Assembly (NCBI RefSeq): GCF_001194135.2
Contig: NC_068984.1
Coordinates: 37,888,293-37,952,292 of the forward strand
Direction of reading: 5' to 3'
Length of the DNA: 64,000 bases
DNA from: Octopus bimaculoides
Taxonomy: Eukaryota
Shown here piece by piece: positions 1 through 12,445 of this stretch. The notes under the pieces were generated by a model. That model was given only the letters and a program-made list of their open reading frames with translations. It was not told the DNA's origin and ran no database searches. Position 1 is the first letter of the stretch. Each line of letters opens with the position of its first letter. A program made the position numbers and the translations under genes.

Positions 1-160
1 AGGGGCACTGACAACGATCTCGCACGAAAGATATCATGTGTCACCCGCACATGAGCCAGTCCAGGGACACTGGCAAATGATCCCGCTCGAAACATTTCAT
101 GTGTCACCCGCACAAGAGCCAGTCCGGGGGCACTGGCAACGATCTCGCTCCAAATTTCTT
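1..160. repeat. GC-rich ~63-bp tandem repeat of the type found in the 3' UTR of local RTE-like LINEs (truncated by window edge)
   Basis: CATGTGTCACCCGCAC at 35 and 98 (period 63). Units with GAGCCAGT...GGCACTGGCAACGATC resemble the arrays at 19580-19850 and 58101-58345. Confidence 0.7.
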
Positions 161-856
161 CTATCATGGGTTGTTGCCATCAAGCCTCAGGGCAGCACTG
201 ATTCACCTGACCTTTGATCAAAGGCATTCCAGCTATGACCATCCCATCTTGATCTTCACACAGTGTATTGAGGACTATGTTATCCAAAATGTGTTCCTTC
301 TCTTTTAAGACAGTAGGGTGATTTGAAGGTAGAATTAACTGCTATTTCTTGCAGGTTGAATGATGGTATATTGTAGTTGTTATATTTTAATTATGCTTTA
401 CCTAACTAAAGTTTCCTTAGAATCCATCAGATTACAGAATGTGATACCCTATTAAAGACATTTCCTTGTAGACAAATGTGAAGTTTGTTCTAGGCTAAAA
501 GCTGTTTCATCACAAGAAATTCTGACTTCACATCCAAGAACAAACCCCAAATCTAGTCGATAAAAAGTTAACTCTAGCATATACTAACACTGTCATCACT
601 CACATACATTCAAGATATAGGAATTACTAAAAGCATATTCATGATGCACAAAGACTTTCAAATACAGGCTAGGTTCAGATTAATTTCTTCACTTGCAATA
701 AAATACCAGTCTGTCAAGGCACAAGAAACATTTCCAGTAACTATTTTTGCTATTGGAAACTGATAGTGATTTTCTTATTAATAAATGCATGTCATTTTTT
801 ATAAACCAATGAAAGTTTTGCTGTACATAGTGTCTTTTGGGTGTTCTAAGACTCAC

Positions 857-920
857 TATAAATACATCAGCAGCAAAAAAATCAATAATTGATTGTTGTA
901 GCATTTGTTGGCTAAACCAG
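857..920 (-). CDS. Candidate exon 4 of unidentified divergent gene (S-WFSQQMLQQSIIDFFAADVFI)
   Basis: T-rich tract plus ...CTTTGAAG acceptor before 920. Phase-2 entry matches the exit of the 1290-1434 exon. GTGAGT donor at 856, although the frame stays open to ~690, so the end is uncertain. Confidence 0.4.
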
Positions 921-1289
921 CTTCAAAGTCAACAACATAAGAAAAAAAAAACAAAGACTATGCCATTCTAGAAAAACATTACCAAATGTTTTTCTCCAAA
1001 ACTACAGACTGTGACAATTTGAGTTCTTGTAAGACAATGTAAAATTGGTATGTTAAGAACATCTATATAAAAGAAAATTCTCCAGAAATATGATACTATA
1101 AAATGTTCCTTTTTCTTTTAGGACTTGTACTATAATGTTCACTAGATTGAATATTTATATCATGCACAAATGGTTGACAAAATTTCGCCAGTTTTTTTTC
1201 CCCCTTAATCTTTTCCTTTTCATCTTGTATTCTTTACAAAACTCAGAAAAAATGTTTTCTGTTGTAAAAACCAACATTCACAATGATAC

Positions 1290-1434
1290 CTTAAGTTTCT
1301 TCTATAGGATCCATGTCCAAATTCCAGTTGAATATAATTGGACATTTGATAATAATGGTTCATTTGCTGTGCTTCAAAGAATTTGAAGTACTTTAAAATA
1401 TCGATGACAGCAGTCACTTTTAAAAGATGTGTTT
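1290..1434 (-). CDS. Candidate exon 3 of unidentified divergent gene (ETHLLKVTAVIDILKYFKFFEAQQMNHYYQMSNYIQLEFGHGSYRRNL)
   Basis: CTTTCTTGCTATTAG acceptor and AG|GTATCA donor. 145 nt, and the only open frame is the one predicted by phase-1 entry from the previous exon. Confidence 0.5.
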
Positions 1435-2371
1435 CTAATAGCAAGAAAGTGCTTTTATTTGTGTATAAAAAGCATTTATGTAATATTCAAGAAAAAAACA
1501 ATAACAACAAAACAGGTGACATGAAACATAAATTAAATGGAAGGCTGAATACATAAGTTTTATGGATGATAGAACTGAGGCTTGGTGTACTATTAGCATG
1601 CATGAAAGACAGAGTACAAGTGCACTGAGAGATGATGCATGCAGGAAAAAAAAGTCCACTGTGTAGAGAGGTGATGTTTAGGAGTGGTAACAGATGGAGC
1701 AATATGTGCCTTATGCTCTTGGTAGAGGGAAGAAACCCATGGAAAAGGGCGAACAAGTAAAATGTGGCAAAAATGAAGTCAGATATCAGGAAAGAGAGAT
1801 CAAATCCTGAGTGCATTAGAGTTGATAGACTATGTATCAGAGAGCCCTGTCAGTACACCACATCACAGTTTGACAGAAATGCTTTCAACTCAAGAAAACT
1901 TGGCAAGGAGACTGTTTTGTGCCAGACATGATCAATATTTTACTGATGTCAAGTGCAACAGCAATGCTTTTATAGTTTCTAAAATATGGGTATATGTAAA
2001 CTGTACTGAAGGCTGAGATGAGAAAAAATTAGGAGACTTGAGGTGACTTAACTATTGTTCTCATCAATTTTGAGATGTGGAAAGTGAGAGTGATAGGCTG
2101 ATATTTGATAGGGACAGAGTCTTCCTTGTTTGATGAAGGGATATCTTATAACAGGTTTCCAAAAATCAAGATAGATTCCTGGATAGAGTAGCTTTGAAGC
2201 AGGACTACGGAACCTTAGTGTTAAACATCTAATCATCTGGTTAGTAATGATTCTTAGTAATGTTTGGATTTAGGTTCAGAAATTTTTCCAAAACCTGCTC
2301 TTTTTAAAAATCCTATAGTCAACTTCATCCGAAAAAAATCAAATACTCAGCTCATTCATTCTCACAATTAC

Positions 2372-2500
2372 CTTCAACCCTGTAGCTTGGCATCTCAAAA
2401 CTTATTTTCAAGAAAATTCTTGTTTGAATTTGGCTAATATGCAGCAGAGAAATTGTCAAGATTCCATCGGAGGTGTGAAGGCAACAAGTGTCCTTTTTTT
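2372..2500 (-). CDS. Candidate exon 2 of unidentified divergent gene (EKKDTCCLHTSDGILTISLLHISQIQTRIFLKISFEMPSYRVE)
   Basis: CATAACTTTCAG acceptor and GAAG|GTAATT donor. 129 nt, open only in the frame set by exon 1 (phase 1). Confidence 0.6.
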
Positions 2501-3344
2501 CTGAAAGTTATGAGGAAACAAAGTCGATGGGGTGGGGCACAGTTGTATAGGTATGCTGCAATTGACACTGGTGCAATGAAAAGCCAAGATGACCTTTAAA
2601 CGATTTGAACTTTGCATAGTGATTTACCAAACTAGTAACAAATGGAGTATATAATTCGACATTCTGTTGTTATATAACTGTCCTTGATGTCTCTAAATAT
2701 ATTGCCTTTGACGAGGAACAATTGAAAATATTTGTAGATGAGGTATAATCAATTAAATATATTTTATCAGAACAACGAGGCAAAGTAAATGCAAGCAATA
2801 TTCAAATTCAGTATGTTGAGAGAATATTTAAAACTGAAAAAACATTTAAGTAGGAGCTAATTCGTTAGCTAAAACGTTACTAATTAAATGCTTTAACAAA
2901 CAACGAAGTTGTGGTATTCTAAATGTAAATAACATCGCATCGAGAAAAAAAGTTTATCAAAATAATGTCATTAAAGATTGTAAAGCCATACTTTAAAAAC
3001 CCAAAATGTCAGTAAAGCCATACTTTAAAAACCCAAAATTGGAATCAATTTATAAATCTTAAATATCATTTTGCCGAATATGAATACAGCATATCTATTA
3101 TAGAGTTACATAAAGTTGATGCGCCAAACTGAAGTTGTTTCAATAACATTTGCAATACAAACGCATTTTTTCAATGACGTTAGAGTACACAGATATTTAT
3201 ATTATGAAATAAGCTAAAAGCGCTCAGTAAAAAAAATTGCATTAACATAAGTGAGTGTATCTTTGGCAAGTTCAATGAATTATCAATGAAATAGAGAAAA
3301 ATCTGAGTAATAAAAGTGATGAATTAGTGCGAGGAGACACTCAC

Positions 3345-3360
3345 CTTTGATGGTCGCCAT
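3345..3360 (-). CDS. First coding exon of unidentified divergent gene (MATIK + G)
   Basis: Minus strand reads CAAG ATG GCG ACC ATC AAA G|GTGAGT: strong start context and consensus donor, in a locally GC/CpG-richer island. Confidence 0.65.
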
Positions 3361-3423
3361 CTTGCCCTTGCACTATCTCAAAGCGAGGCACTTCCGGTAA
3401 AAGAAAAAAGTATTGGGTCTAAA
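3361..3423. promoter_or_regulatory. Bidirectional promoter / short 5' UTRs between two head-to-head ATGs
   Basis: 63 bp between opposite-strand start codons. Contains CTTCCGG (ETS/GABP-type motif). Both ATGs sit in AA(A/G)ATGGCG (YY1/TISU-like) contexts. Confidence 0.7.
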
Positions 3424-3447
3424 ATGGCGGACGCGCAAGACTTGAAG
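3424..3447 (+). CDS. PIAS: PIAS / Su(var)2-10 SUMO E3 ligase, coding exon 1 (MADAQDLK)
   Basis: ATG GCG GAC GCG CAA GAC TTG AAG|GTTTGT. Splices in phase 0 to 40144 giving [20 protein letters not shown], matching vertebrate PIAS N-termini (MADxxELK/R-xMVxSxRVSELQ). Confidence 0.9.
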
Positions 3448-5042
3448 GTTTGTGATGATTTTTCTTTTACGCTTCTCTACATGTTTTCTTTCTGTTAACT
3501 TTGAATGAAAAGCATGTTTTCAATGTCGTTCCTTTACCTCGATCTCTTATCATTTTTGTTAGTTATCGTTTCTTAATAGCATTGGACCCACAAAGAAATG
3601 TGTATGTATTCATTAGTCGTGGTGGTAGTAGTAATAGCCAGTATTAAGTTAAGCTTTGAAAAAAAAATATAACAACAAAACAGCACTTTTTTAAAACTAA
3701 CAAACAAACGATCGAACAGGTTTTTATCATAGGACAGCTTAAGTACATTGTTCTTGATTTACTTTCACAATTACTGTTACTAAAAACAACTCCTGACTCT
3801 TCTGCTTTCATTGTTATTATTAATAATGGTACTAATAGTAGTAGTAGTAGTAATTTTAGTACTAGTACCACTAGCATAGGTAGATGGTGATACAGGCATA
3901 CATACATTGTAATGACATGGTTTAATATATATTTATACAATATGAATATAATTGTATATTTATACATGAATATAATGGTATAGAAACTGCTTGGTAGTTA
4001 TTACCACCACAACCCTTTACCCCATAAAGTTAATATGTTTGTCCTTACTCAAGCCTTTTTCTCTCCATTTACTGTTATACAATTTCTTCCACCAACGTGC
4101 ACACGGATCCTATTAACAATCTAACACTTACAAATTCTACCACTGAAAGTGCTATTTGAGTGTCTCTCTCCCATATATAATCAATCAATCTATCATGCAC
4201 ATAGTCATACATGCTATTCTACATGTGTATACTCTCCCCTCTAATTTAAGCTTCTCTTTATCATTTTAAAGATCTTCTTCCCTATCTATTGTCTGTATAT
4301 ATATGTTGGTTTTTGAGTAGGTTATCATTTATTTTATCTCTTGTTTTTAGTTTAATGTCTTAAAACTAAATAGAAATCAATGATCATACCCCCTCGTGGA
4401 TTACGTATGTCCTTTACTGTTCACTAGTTAATTATATAACCCACACACGCTTGCTTGTTAACGTGAGTGTGTGATCATGCCTAGTTAATATGTATGTCTG
4501 TAGTACACTAGTTTTTTTCTTCTTTTTATTTTTTACAAGAAGCGCCCGGTACATTGCTGTTCCGTCAGTCTGATTATATATAGTCCCGCTCTTTCATTCC
4601 TTTTCTCTCTCTATCGCTTCTCTTTGCTCCCAACCAAACCGCTTACTGCTTGACAGGTGGACTACTTGCTGGTTGAATTGATTGCTTGCTTGCCTGCTGT
4701 TTGAGCAAGCAATTCTAGGTTGCTAGCTTTGCAACAAGCTCTCTCGCTTGCTTGCTTGCCTGCTCTATAAGCTTTTCCAGCTAACTTAATTGTTGGCTGT
4801 CTTTTATAATTTCGCTACTCTACGGTTTTCTACTCTCCCTTTCCTCTATCTCATACTTTCTTCTTTCCATCCTGTACATTTTTTAATTATTGTCATCGCT
4901 TGGTTATAAACCACAGGAATACAATTATATTGCTATTATGAGCTAAATAAAAAAACGATACAATGTTTACTTATACATATCTTTTTTTTTTTTTTACTGA
5001 AGATGTATAAATATTGCATATACATTTTATNNNNNNNNNNAA

Positions 5043-5051
5043 GTATAGGTA

Positions 5052-5104
<53 letters not shown>

Positions 5105-5110
5105 ATGTGT
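5043..5110. repeat. (TG)n/(TA)n compound microsatellite
   Basis: Direct inspection; adjacent to a 10-N gap. Confidence 0.9.
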
Positions 5111-6854
5111 AAGATATTTTGGTGTGGAGGGATTTAACAGCCACTCAAATGGTTTGTAGATAATGTTGACATAGATTCCCACTTTCATCTTATTATTACC
5201 TTGTCGATGTATTGATGATATAAATACGTTTCTTGCAATTTCGAATCATTAAAATCAAAATCAATTTGGCTGACCTTCCATTCGTTTTCTTCTATTTTCC
5301 AGTTGTCAGTGTTTTTATTTCTTTTATCTTGTTACTTTCGGTTTCTTAAAACCTTTGTGAAGTGAGAAAAATAGAACAAAATAGATCGAGTTCCAGTAAT
5401 TTTTGACATGGGTGATTGATCACTATATGTTATTCGCATTATAAAACAACACTCACTTTGTAGACATTATCCTTTTTTATTTTTATTCTAGTTAAAATAA
5501 TGCAGACTTTTTTCCTAAAGAATTAGCTAACTTTTCTTAATCTGATGAGACATCGATATATATTATAATTGTTGTTAACTGAACTTTGATTACTCTCTTC
5601 TTTTTTTTCGCCTCTGTGACGACAGCTAGTACTAAATGATCAATCAAGTGATCGTGATATGTTTGTTTGTCGATTAATAATATTTTCATTGAAGTTGCAC
5701 ACAGAGCAGGATATGAATCGCTTCATTAAATCATTGTCATCAATTATGACATTATCTATTAATGTTATGTACCTTGATACTTGTTGTTTATAGTGTTCCT
5801 TAAGTTTTTATTTAATTATTTAAGTAAATTAAGGAGGGTTTGATGCCGTTACAGTGCATCGCTTCTGCTCATTGTGCTTTACATTGGTCATGGATATTGT
5901 TTCGCGATTAGCTTTATAAAAGACAATCCTTTCACTTTGTCGCAGACATCAATATCAGTTAAGTGATTAAAAAACAAAAACAAATCAAAACAACTTTCAA
6001 GACTCTCTCTCCCTTATTCTTGGATGGGGCAGAGGAAGCTAGGATAGAATAAAATACTATTTTCTTAATGTGATTGGGTACTTAAATATTTGCATTGTTG
6101 TAGTGTTTTTGTAAAACAGAAACAAAAATATTAAAATAATAATGTCATTGTTTAAGATTTGACCTAATTTGTGTGAAGCAATTTTTATTAGTCTGGCTGC
6201 TGTCTTTCTCTTCACACACACATATAAACATGTGTAAATCTAAAATAGAACTGAACTTTAAAAAATATTAGTTATAGAAAGGTTGCTTGAATCTGTTTAA
6301 GAAAAAGATCTAGGTTGTAAATTGCTGAATCAGTGTTTTTCGACCTTCCCAAGAGACAAGCAATTAATTTAGATTGTATTCCAGTTTCTGAATTCATAAC
6401 TGGTCGAAGATGAGTTGATTGGTTGAGGAATAAGTATATTCCACTGTTGTGACAAATTCAGTTAGCAGGACTTATGATAGACTGTTGTTCTCTCCCTATG
6501 GATTGTTGATGTAATTAACCACTCTTAGGCTTTATCTCTAATTGTAAAATGCGCATTCTTTTCCACTGAGTTATGTAACTTATGTAGCCTTAATCTTTTC
6601 TTTCTGTCTAGAACACACCATCTAATGTGCCATTGCTAAAGAATGTTCATGATATTAAGCTTTCTTTTTGATTTTTGTTTTTAATCAGAATTTTTATTTT
6701 GTTAGCTCCAGCACAATTTTAGAAACTTTTTTCCTGCTTCTAAAGTTATCAGGCATTATATACCAAACATTAATTTTGAGGACAATTTTTTTTTTTTTAG
6801 ACATAAAATTGTTTCACTTAATGATTTTGCAAAGAAGGGGGCTTGGAAATACCA

Positions 6855-8790
6855 TTATGAGAGGCTGCTAAATGTGGAGAATAAATGGTAGGTGGAGAGT
6901 CTGCCAAACATTAACCCAACTGAGAGACCAGCTATCCGAATCGACAGTGGCTTGTTAGATAATGCAGTTAAGGATATGAAAATAGGGAAAGCCCCTGGCC
7001 CATCAGGAATCACCACTGAGATGCTTAAAATATCTGGCAGAGTAGGATATAGCCTAGTCACCCATATAGTTAATCAGATTGTCCATGAGGGAGTCATACC
7101 CAATGATTGTTGTTGCTGCATTTTTGTCAACTGCAAAGGTGATGCTTTAGACAGAAATAATTACAGAGGCATCAATTGCTGGACCAGGTGATGGAAGTCA
7201 CAGAAAAGGTGATCACTCAGTTAATCAGGAAGAGAGTTACTGTAGATAAGTTGCAGTGTCTGTGATGATTCCTCTCTTTATGGTTGAAGAATAATGATAA
7301 TCATAAGATTGGTCTTTCTGAGACAAAAAAAAAAGGCAGCGCGCTGGCAGAAACGTTAGNNNNNNNNNNTCTTTCTGAGACAAAAAAAAAAGGCAGCGCG
7401 CTGGCAGAAACGTTAGCACGCCGGGCGAAATGCTTATCGGTATTTTGTCTGCCGTTAGGTTCTGAGTTCAAATTCCACCGAGGTCGAATTTGCCTTTCAT
7501 CTTTTTGGGGTCGATAATTTAAGTACCAGTTACGCACTGGGATCGATGTAATTGACTTAATCCCTTTGTCTGTCCTTGTTTGTCCCCTCTGTGTTTAGTC
7601 CCTTGTGGGCAATAAAGAAATAAGATGAGTTGAAGTTCGGATTTGTGCCAGGCAGGAGCACGACTGATGCTATATTCCTGGTAAGGCAACTGCAGGAGAA
7701 ATATTAAGTCAAAAATAAACTCTGTACTTGGCTTTTGCTGACATGGAGAAAGCCTTTGACAAGGTCCCCTGATCCCTTATCTAGTAGTCAATGTGGTAGC
7801 TAGGGATAGATGAGTGGTTGGTGAGAGCAGTACAAGCCATGTACAGATAGGAGTCTACCAAGGCTCAGTTCTTAGCCATCTCCTGTTTATCTTAGTCCTC
7901 CAGGCCTTAATAGAGGAATTCAAGACTGGCATAGAGCTTCTCTATGCTGATGACCTTGTTTGTATATAGCTGAATCACTACCTAACCTAAAGAAATTTCA
8001 GGTGTTGAAACAAGGTCTGCAAATCTTAGAGCTTTAGGGTTAATTTAGCAAAAGCCATAATCCTAGTAAGTAGGAAAACTGACAAATCACAAGTCCCTTC
8101 TGGGAGATGGCCCTGCTTGATATGTAAGAAGGGTGTTGGTAGAAACTCCATACGTTATACTCAGTGCAAGCTTTGGATGCAAAAAGTGCAGCAGTATCAC
8201 AGGAAGGTTAATGGAGAATATAGTCTTTGTATGTGGTAAATGTACAGGTACAATAAGCACTAAAAATACACAGATAATACGCTACCTCAAATGCTCAGGT
8301 GGATCATAAGCAGTAGTAGATAACTTCTGTTACCTAGGGTATCGAGTTAGTGGGGGAGGGAATCCTGAAAGTGTAGTTACTAGGATAAGAATTGGCTGGG
8401 TGAAGTTCAGTGAAAGGCTGAGTGTGTTATATGGCAGTGAAACATGGGCTTTGACTACAGAGGACTTGCGAATGCTTCAAAGAAATGAAGTTAGCATGCT
8501 TTGCAGGATGGGTAATGTCAGTGAGCATGCACAACAGAGTGTAAATGATTTAAGAGGAAAACTGTGTATTAGAGGTATCAGATGTTGTGTGCAAGAGAGA
8601 AGACTGTGCTGTGTATGGGTGAGTACAGCTGCATAAAGAAGTGCTGAGCTCTAATTGTGGAGGGAACAAGTGGAAGGAGTAGACCCAGGAAGATGTGGGA
8701 TAAAGTGGTGAGAAAGGATCTTTGGATGCTGAGCTTCACTGTGGAAATGACAAGGGACTGGGAGATGTGGCGATTTGCTGTACTTGATAA
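6855..8790 (+). mobile_element. Decayed RTE-clade LINE, reverse transcriptase region
   Basis: Fragmented motifs KAPGPSGI, DALDRNNYRGI, FGFVPGRSTTDAIFLVRQLQEKY, DMEKAFD, LLYADDL, YGSETW, with stops and frameshifts. Interrupted by a SINE. Confidence 0.9.
7392..7622 (+). mobile_element. tRNA-derived SINE (octopus OK/Nin-domain type) nested in the RTE LINE
   Basis: A-box-like TGGCAGAAACG, B-box GTTCAAATTCC, central TTTGCCTTTCATC...GGGGTCGATAA..AAGTACCAG domain and AATAAAGAAATAA tail. Degenerate 13-bp TSD AGAT(A/G)AGTTG(C/A)AG at 7244-7256 and 7623-7635. The head is duplicated at 7335 across a 10-N gap (assembly overlap). Confidence 0.85.
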
Positions 8791-8829
8791 GACATGTCTT
8801 GCTAAGTAAAATCGCTGTCTTCCACACAT

Positions 8830-8972
8830 ACAGGTGTTAAGAGGAGCATTCGGCTGTAGAAACCATATCACAACAGGCAGTTGGAGTCTGGACAGCTCCC
8901 TGCTAGCCAGCTCCGTGTCAAACTGTCCAACCCATGCCAACATGGAGAGTGGACATTAAATGATGATGATGC
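8830..8972 (+). mobile_element. Ceph-type SINE/LINE 3' tail with (GAT)n end
   Basis: GCATTCGGCTGTAGAAACC...GTCAAACTGTCCAACCCATGCCAACATGGA...AAATGATGATGAT; same motif recurs many times in the window. Confidence 0.75.
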
Positions 8973-10677
8973 AATCAATGTCTTTATATGTCACATATTG
9001 GAATTTAATTTAATATTCTACCTTATTCCCTTAATTATGCTGCTTTCAAAAACAGTTTCATTTGTAGACAAACTTTCTAACATAAGCTATCTTATGCCTC
9101 ATTGTTATTGTTATTTGATCAAGAAACTTAAGCACATACAAATACAAAAGATAGCTATTACTTTTATTGTCTTAGATAGAGATACACAAATGACACACTG
9201 TCTTTGCACTTTATTTCTCACAAGATTTCCACATGATTGGAGCACATTACTCCAAAATTTTTATATGACTTTGTTGTTTTTCAACTTCTGAGATAAAATT
9301 ATTATTTGCATATTCTAATCATAAGAAAAATCTATAACTTCAATGTATTTATCTATAATCATTATGACCATTCTATAAAAAGGAGTCTTAAACTATGTTA
9401 AATTTAGATTTTGTTTAAATCAAATTGTTAATCTTCTTGAACATATATTTCAGGGTATCAATTTAGGATTTTGTTACTATTTTTGGTTTGAGGTTGTGAA
9501 AATATAGTACATCTACATAGCTAACAAATATAGAATTTATTTTACTAAGGTCACTTTTGCTTTTAGTATGGATATCTGATGAGAAATTATACATTTTTGA
9601 TAAGTACTATTAAATTTAAATATATATTATTAATTTTTCTTTTAAATTAGTCCAAGACAGAATAGACGACTAGGAATGATTAATGAATTTGAAATGTAAT
9701 TTGAATATGAAAAGCACATTTGATGTTGTTTACATTTCTTTGTATATTGGTTGCCATTCTTTAGATTTAAAAAAATTTTCATGTGTGTGGTTGGTTCTTC
9801 CAATGGATTCATTACTGTAGAACTCTTGCTAGTCTCACATTTGCTAAAACATTGAAAAAACTTAAGCAGGTTATAATGATGAAGTCAAGTGGAAGAGATG
9901 GGGTTAATCCTTCAGAAGTAAGCACTTTTATAGTTAACCAGGAAATGATTTGAACTCTTAACTGAAAGTTGTTAAGTAGCTTATGTGTAAGTTATAGATG
10001 TATGACTGAGATCTTATAGAACTTTTACAGCCTCTCACATTGATGGTAAATTTTTTACATTTTGCTTTTATTTCATTTCCTAAAAAAGCCACCTGTTTTA
10101 GTGACAAACACTGCTTAATTACCTTCTTCTGAAAAAACTTTTAGTATTATTTGAATGACCATATATTTTTATTGGTTGATCTACTGCAAAAAATCCAAGC
10201 TAATAGCATGTAATGGTAATCAATTTAGTTGATGATAGTATGGAAAAGATAGGTGAAACTAGTATAGATAGTAATTTGTTTGAAGTAAAGATGGCAGAGA
10301 TAGCCAAGACAGTAAAATACTTAGCCTGATTTTACTTTTTATATTTCCAGAGTTGATATTTTACCAGTCAATCAAATATGTTCTTCAGCTACAAACAAGT
10401 AGCTTTGTTAGGAAAATATGTATTCTGTTTCGATATTAGAATTCACATTTGTTTAAGTAAAAATAGTTACCACTCTTAATCACAAGTCAGTGGTTGACAG
10501 AATGAAGAATATCCAGTTTTGAAAATAATTTCTCTAACATGTAAATACTGAAATGTTTTAAAATTCAACCTATTCATGCTAGTATGGACAGATGGAAAGC
10601 TAGGCAGGAGTTTGAAGGATTTCATAAAAAAAAAAGAAAAATGAAAAAACATCTTGTGAAAATATTTATAACATTTG

Positions 10678-10766
10678 AGATTGGAGCCTGGTGTAGCCAT
10701 ATGGTTTCACCAGTCCTCAGTCAAATTGTCCAACCCATGCTAGCATGGAAAGCGGACGTTAAACGA
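10678..10766 (+). mobile_element. Ceph-type SINE/LINE 3' tail fragment
   Basis: Near-identical to 32680-32770 (GGAGCCTGGTG...CCAACCCATGCTAGCATGGAAAGCGGACGTTAAACG). Confidence 0.8.
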
Positions 10767-11369
10767 AACAAACGAATGAACGAGACAGAATCTAATATAC
10801 CTGGCTTGCTTAGTATCTTAGGATCCTGTGTTCAGATTATCCTGAGGTCAACTTTGCCTTTAATCTCTTTGTTATTAATAAAATATATTTCCAAAACACT
10901 GGTGTAATCAAGTGTATACTGCTTTTAAAAAGCATTTTTTAATTTCTTGGTGGAAAAGAACCAGTAAATCAAGTATAAGAATTGTATAAGAAATTCTTCA
11001 TTGGAGCTATTTTACTTTGCTTGGTTTATTGATACCTTTGTGGGTGACATGAATGCCAAATAGTATAGGCTATTTCTGTACCTGTGTATGTACATGTGTG
11101 ACCTAGTCATTACAGTGTTGCATTCACATTCATGAGATTGTGGGTTTCATTCTTAGGCCAAATAGTGCATTGTGTTTTGAGTAAAACACGTCATTTCATG
11201 TTGCTCATTTTGACATCTGACTTGTAGCACACAATATACCTGTACAGGCAATGTCAATTTGATGAGGAGAGTGAGAGGTTATGTGCAGCAGAAACTATAA
11301 ATAAATCACTTGTGTAGGTTGTTTAGCAAGAAATTTTAGAACCATCTTTCCCAAACTCAAGAGAACACC

Positions 11370-11409
<40 letters not shown>

Positions 11410-11954
11410 ATGTATGTATACACATACACACACACATATACATACAGCCACTCATAAAAAGCAAAATTATCAAAGTCATATATTAACTGTTTGTGGGATT
11501 TTCCAGTCATGGAAGCTTTGTGCAGTGCATGTGTATAAGCAAACCAGTTTGAAACACTGGGTTACATAAATCAGCCAATGAAATCTTTTCTCTGCATTAA
11601 CTTCAGTGCATGTGTGTGAATCAATCATTATATACTAACAGAAGATTATGTCTTCTATTAATTTGCCATAGTAAATATTTTGCCTGCAATTTCATCATAA
11701 GCTAAACACATCATTGCTAAATTTACCATCATGCTAAATACATCATCAGCAAATTCATCCTCATGCTTTTATCTGGTGGACAATTACATCATTAAACATT
11801 ATAGTTTTATTTGTAGGTTTGATATGTCATATTTAATTATATCATTGATGGTTAGAGTATGTAAATATGTCGTATTTAATTATATCATTGGTGGTTAGAG
11901 TATGTATATGGAATATATTTCACAAATGTATGTGTGCATTTTTCACTGAAAAAC

Positions 11955-12445
11955 NNNNNNNNNNNNNNNNNNNNNNNNNNNNNNNNNNNNNNNNNNNNNN
12001 NNNNNNNNNNNNNNNNNNNNNNNNNNNNNNNNNNNNNNNNNNNNNNNNNNNNNNNNNNNNNNNNNNNNNNNNNNNNNNNNNNNNNNNNNNNNNNNNNNNN
12101 NNNNNNNNNNNNNNNNNNNNNNNNNNNNNNNNNNNNNNNNNNNNNNNNNNNNNNNNNNNNNNNNNNNNNNNNNNNNNNNNNNNNNNNNNNNNNNNNNNNN
12201 NNNNNNNNNNNNNNNNNNNNNNNNNNNNNNNNNNNNNNNNNNNNNNNNNNNNNNNNNNNNNNNNNNNNNNNNNNNNNNNNNNNNNNNNNNNNNNNNNNNN
12301 NNNNNNNNNNNNNNNNNNNNNNNNNNNNNNNNNNNNNNNNNNNNNNNNNNNNNNNNNNNNNNNNNNNNNNNNNNNNNNNNNNNNNNNNNNNNNNNNNNNN
12401 NNNNNNNNNNNNNNNNNNNNNNNNNNNNNNNNNNNNNNNNNNNNN
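11955..12445. other. Assembly gap with duplicated flanks
   Basis: N-run. About 65 bp (GTGGTTAGAGTATGT...CACTGAAAAAC) occurs on both sides. Confidence 0.95.

Noticed and set aside
2980-3039. 28-bp direct repeat GTAAAGCCATACTTTAAAAACCCAAAAT, two copies
   Set aside because: A simple local tandem duplication with only two copies and no spacer array, so not CRISPR-like.
5542-5585. CTGATGAG ... CTGA as a hammerhead core or C/D box snoRNA
   Set aside because: No stem II or GAAA follows, and there is no terminal stem or suitable spacing for a snoRNA.
7310-7420. Apparent tandem duplications at 7310-7420, 43085-43185 and around 11890-12520
   Set aside because: Each straddles an N-run, which marks unmerged contig overlaps (assembly artefacts).
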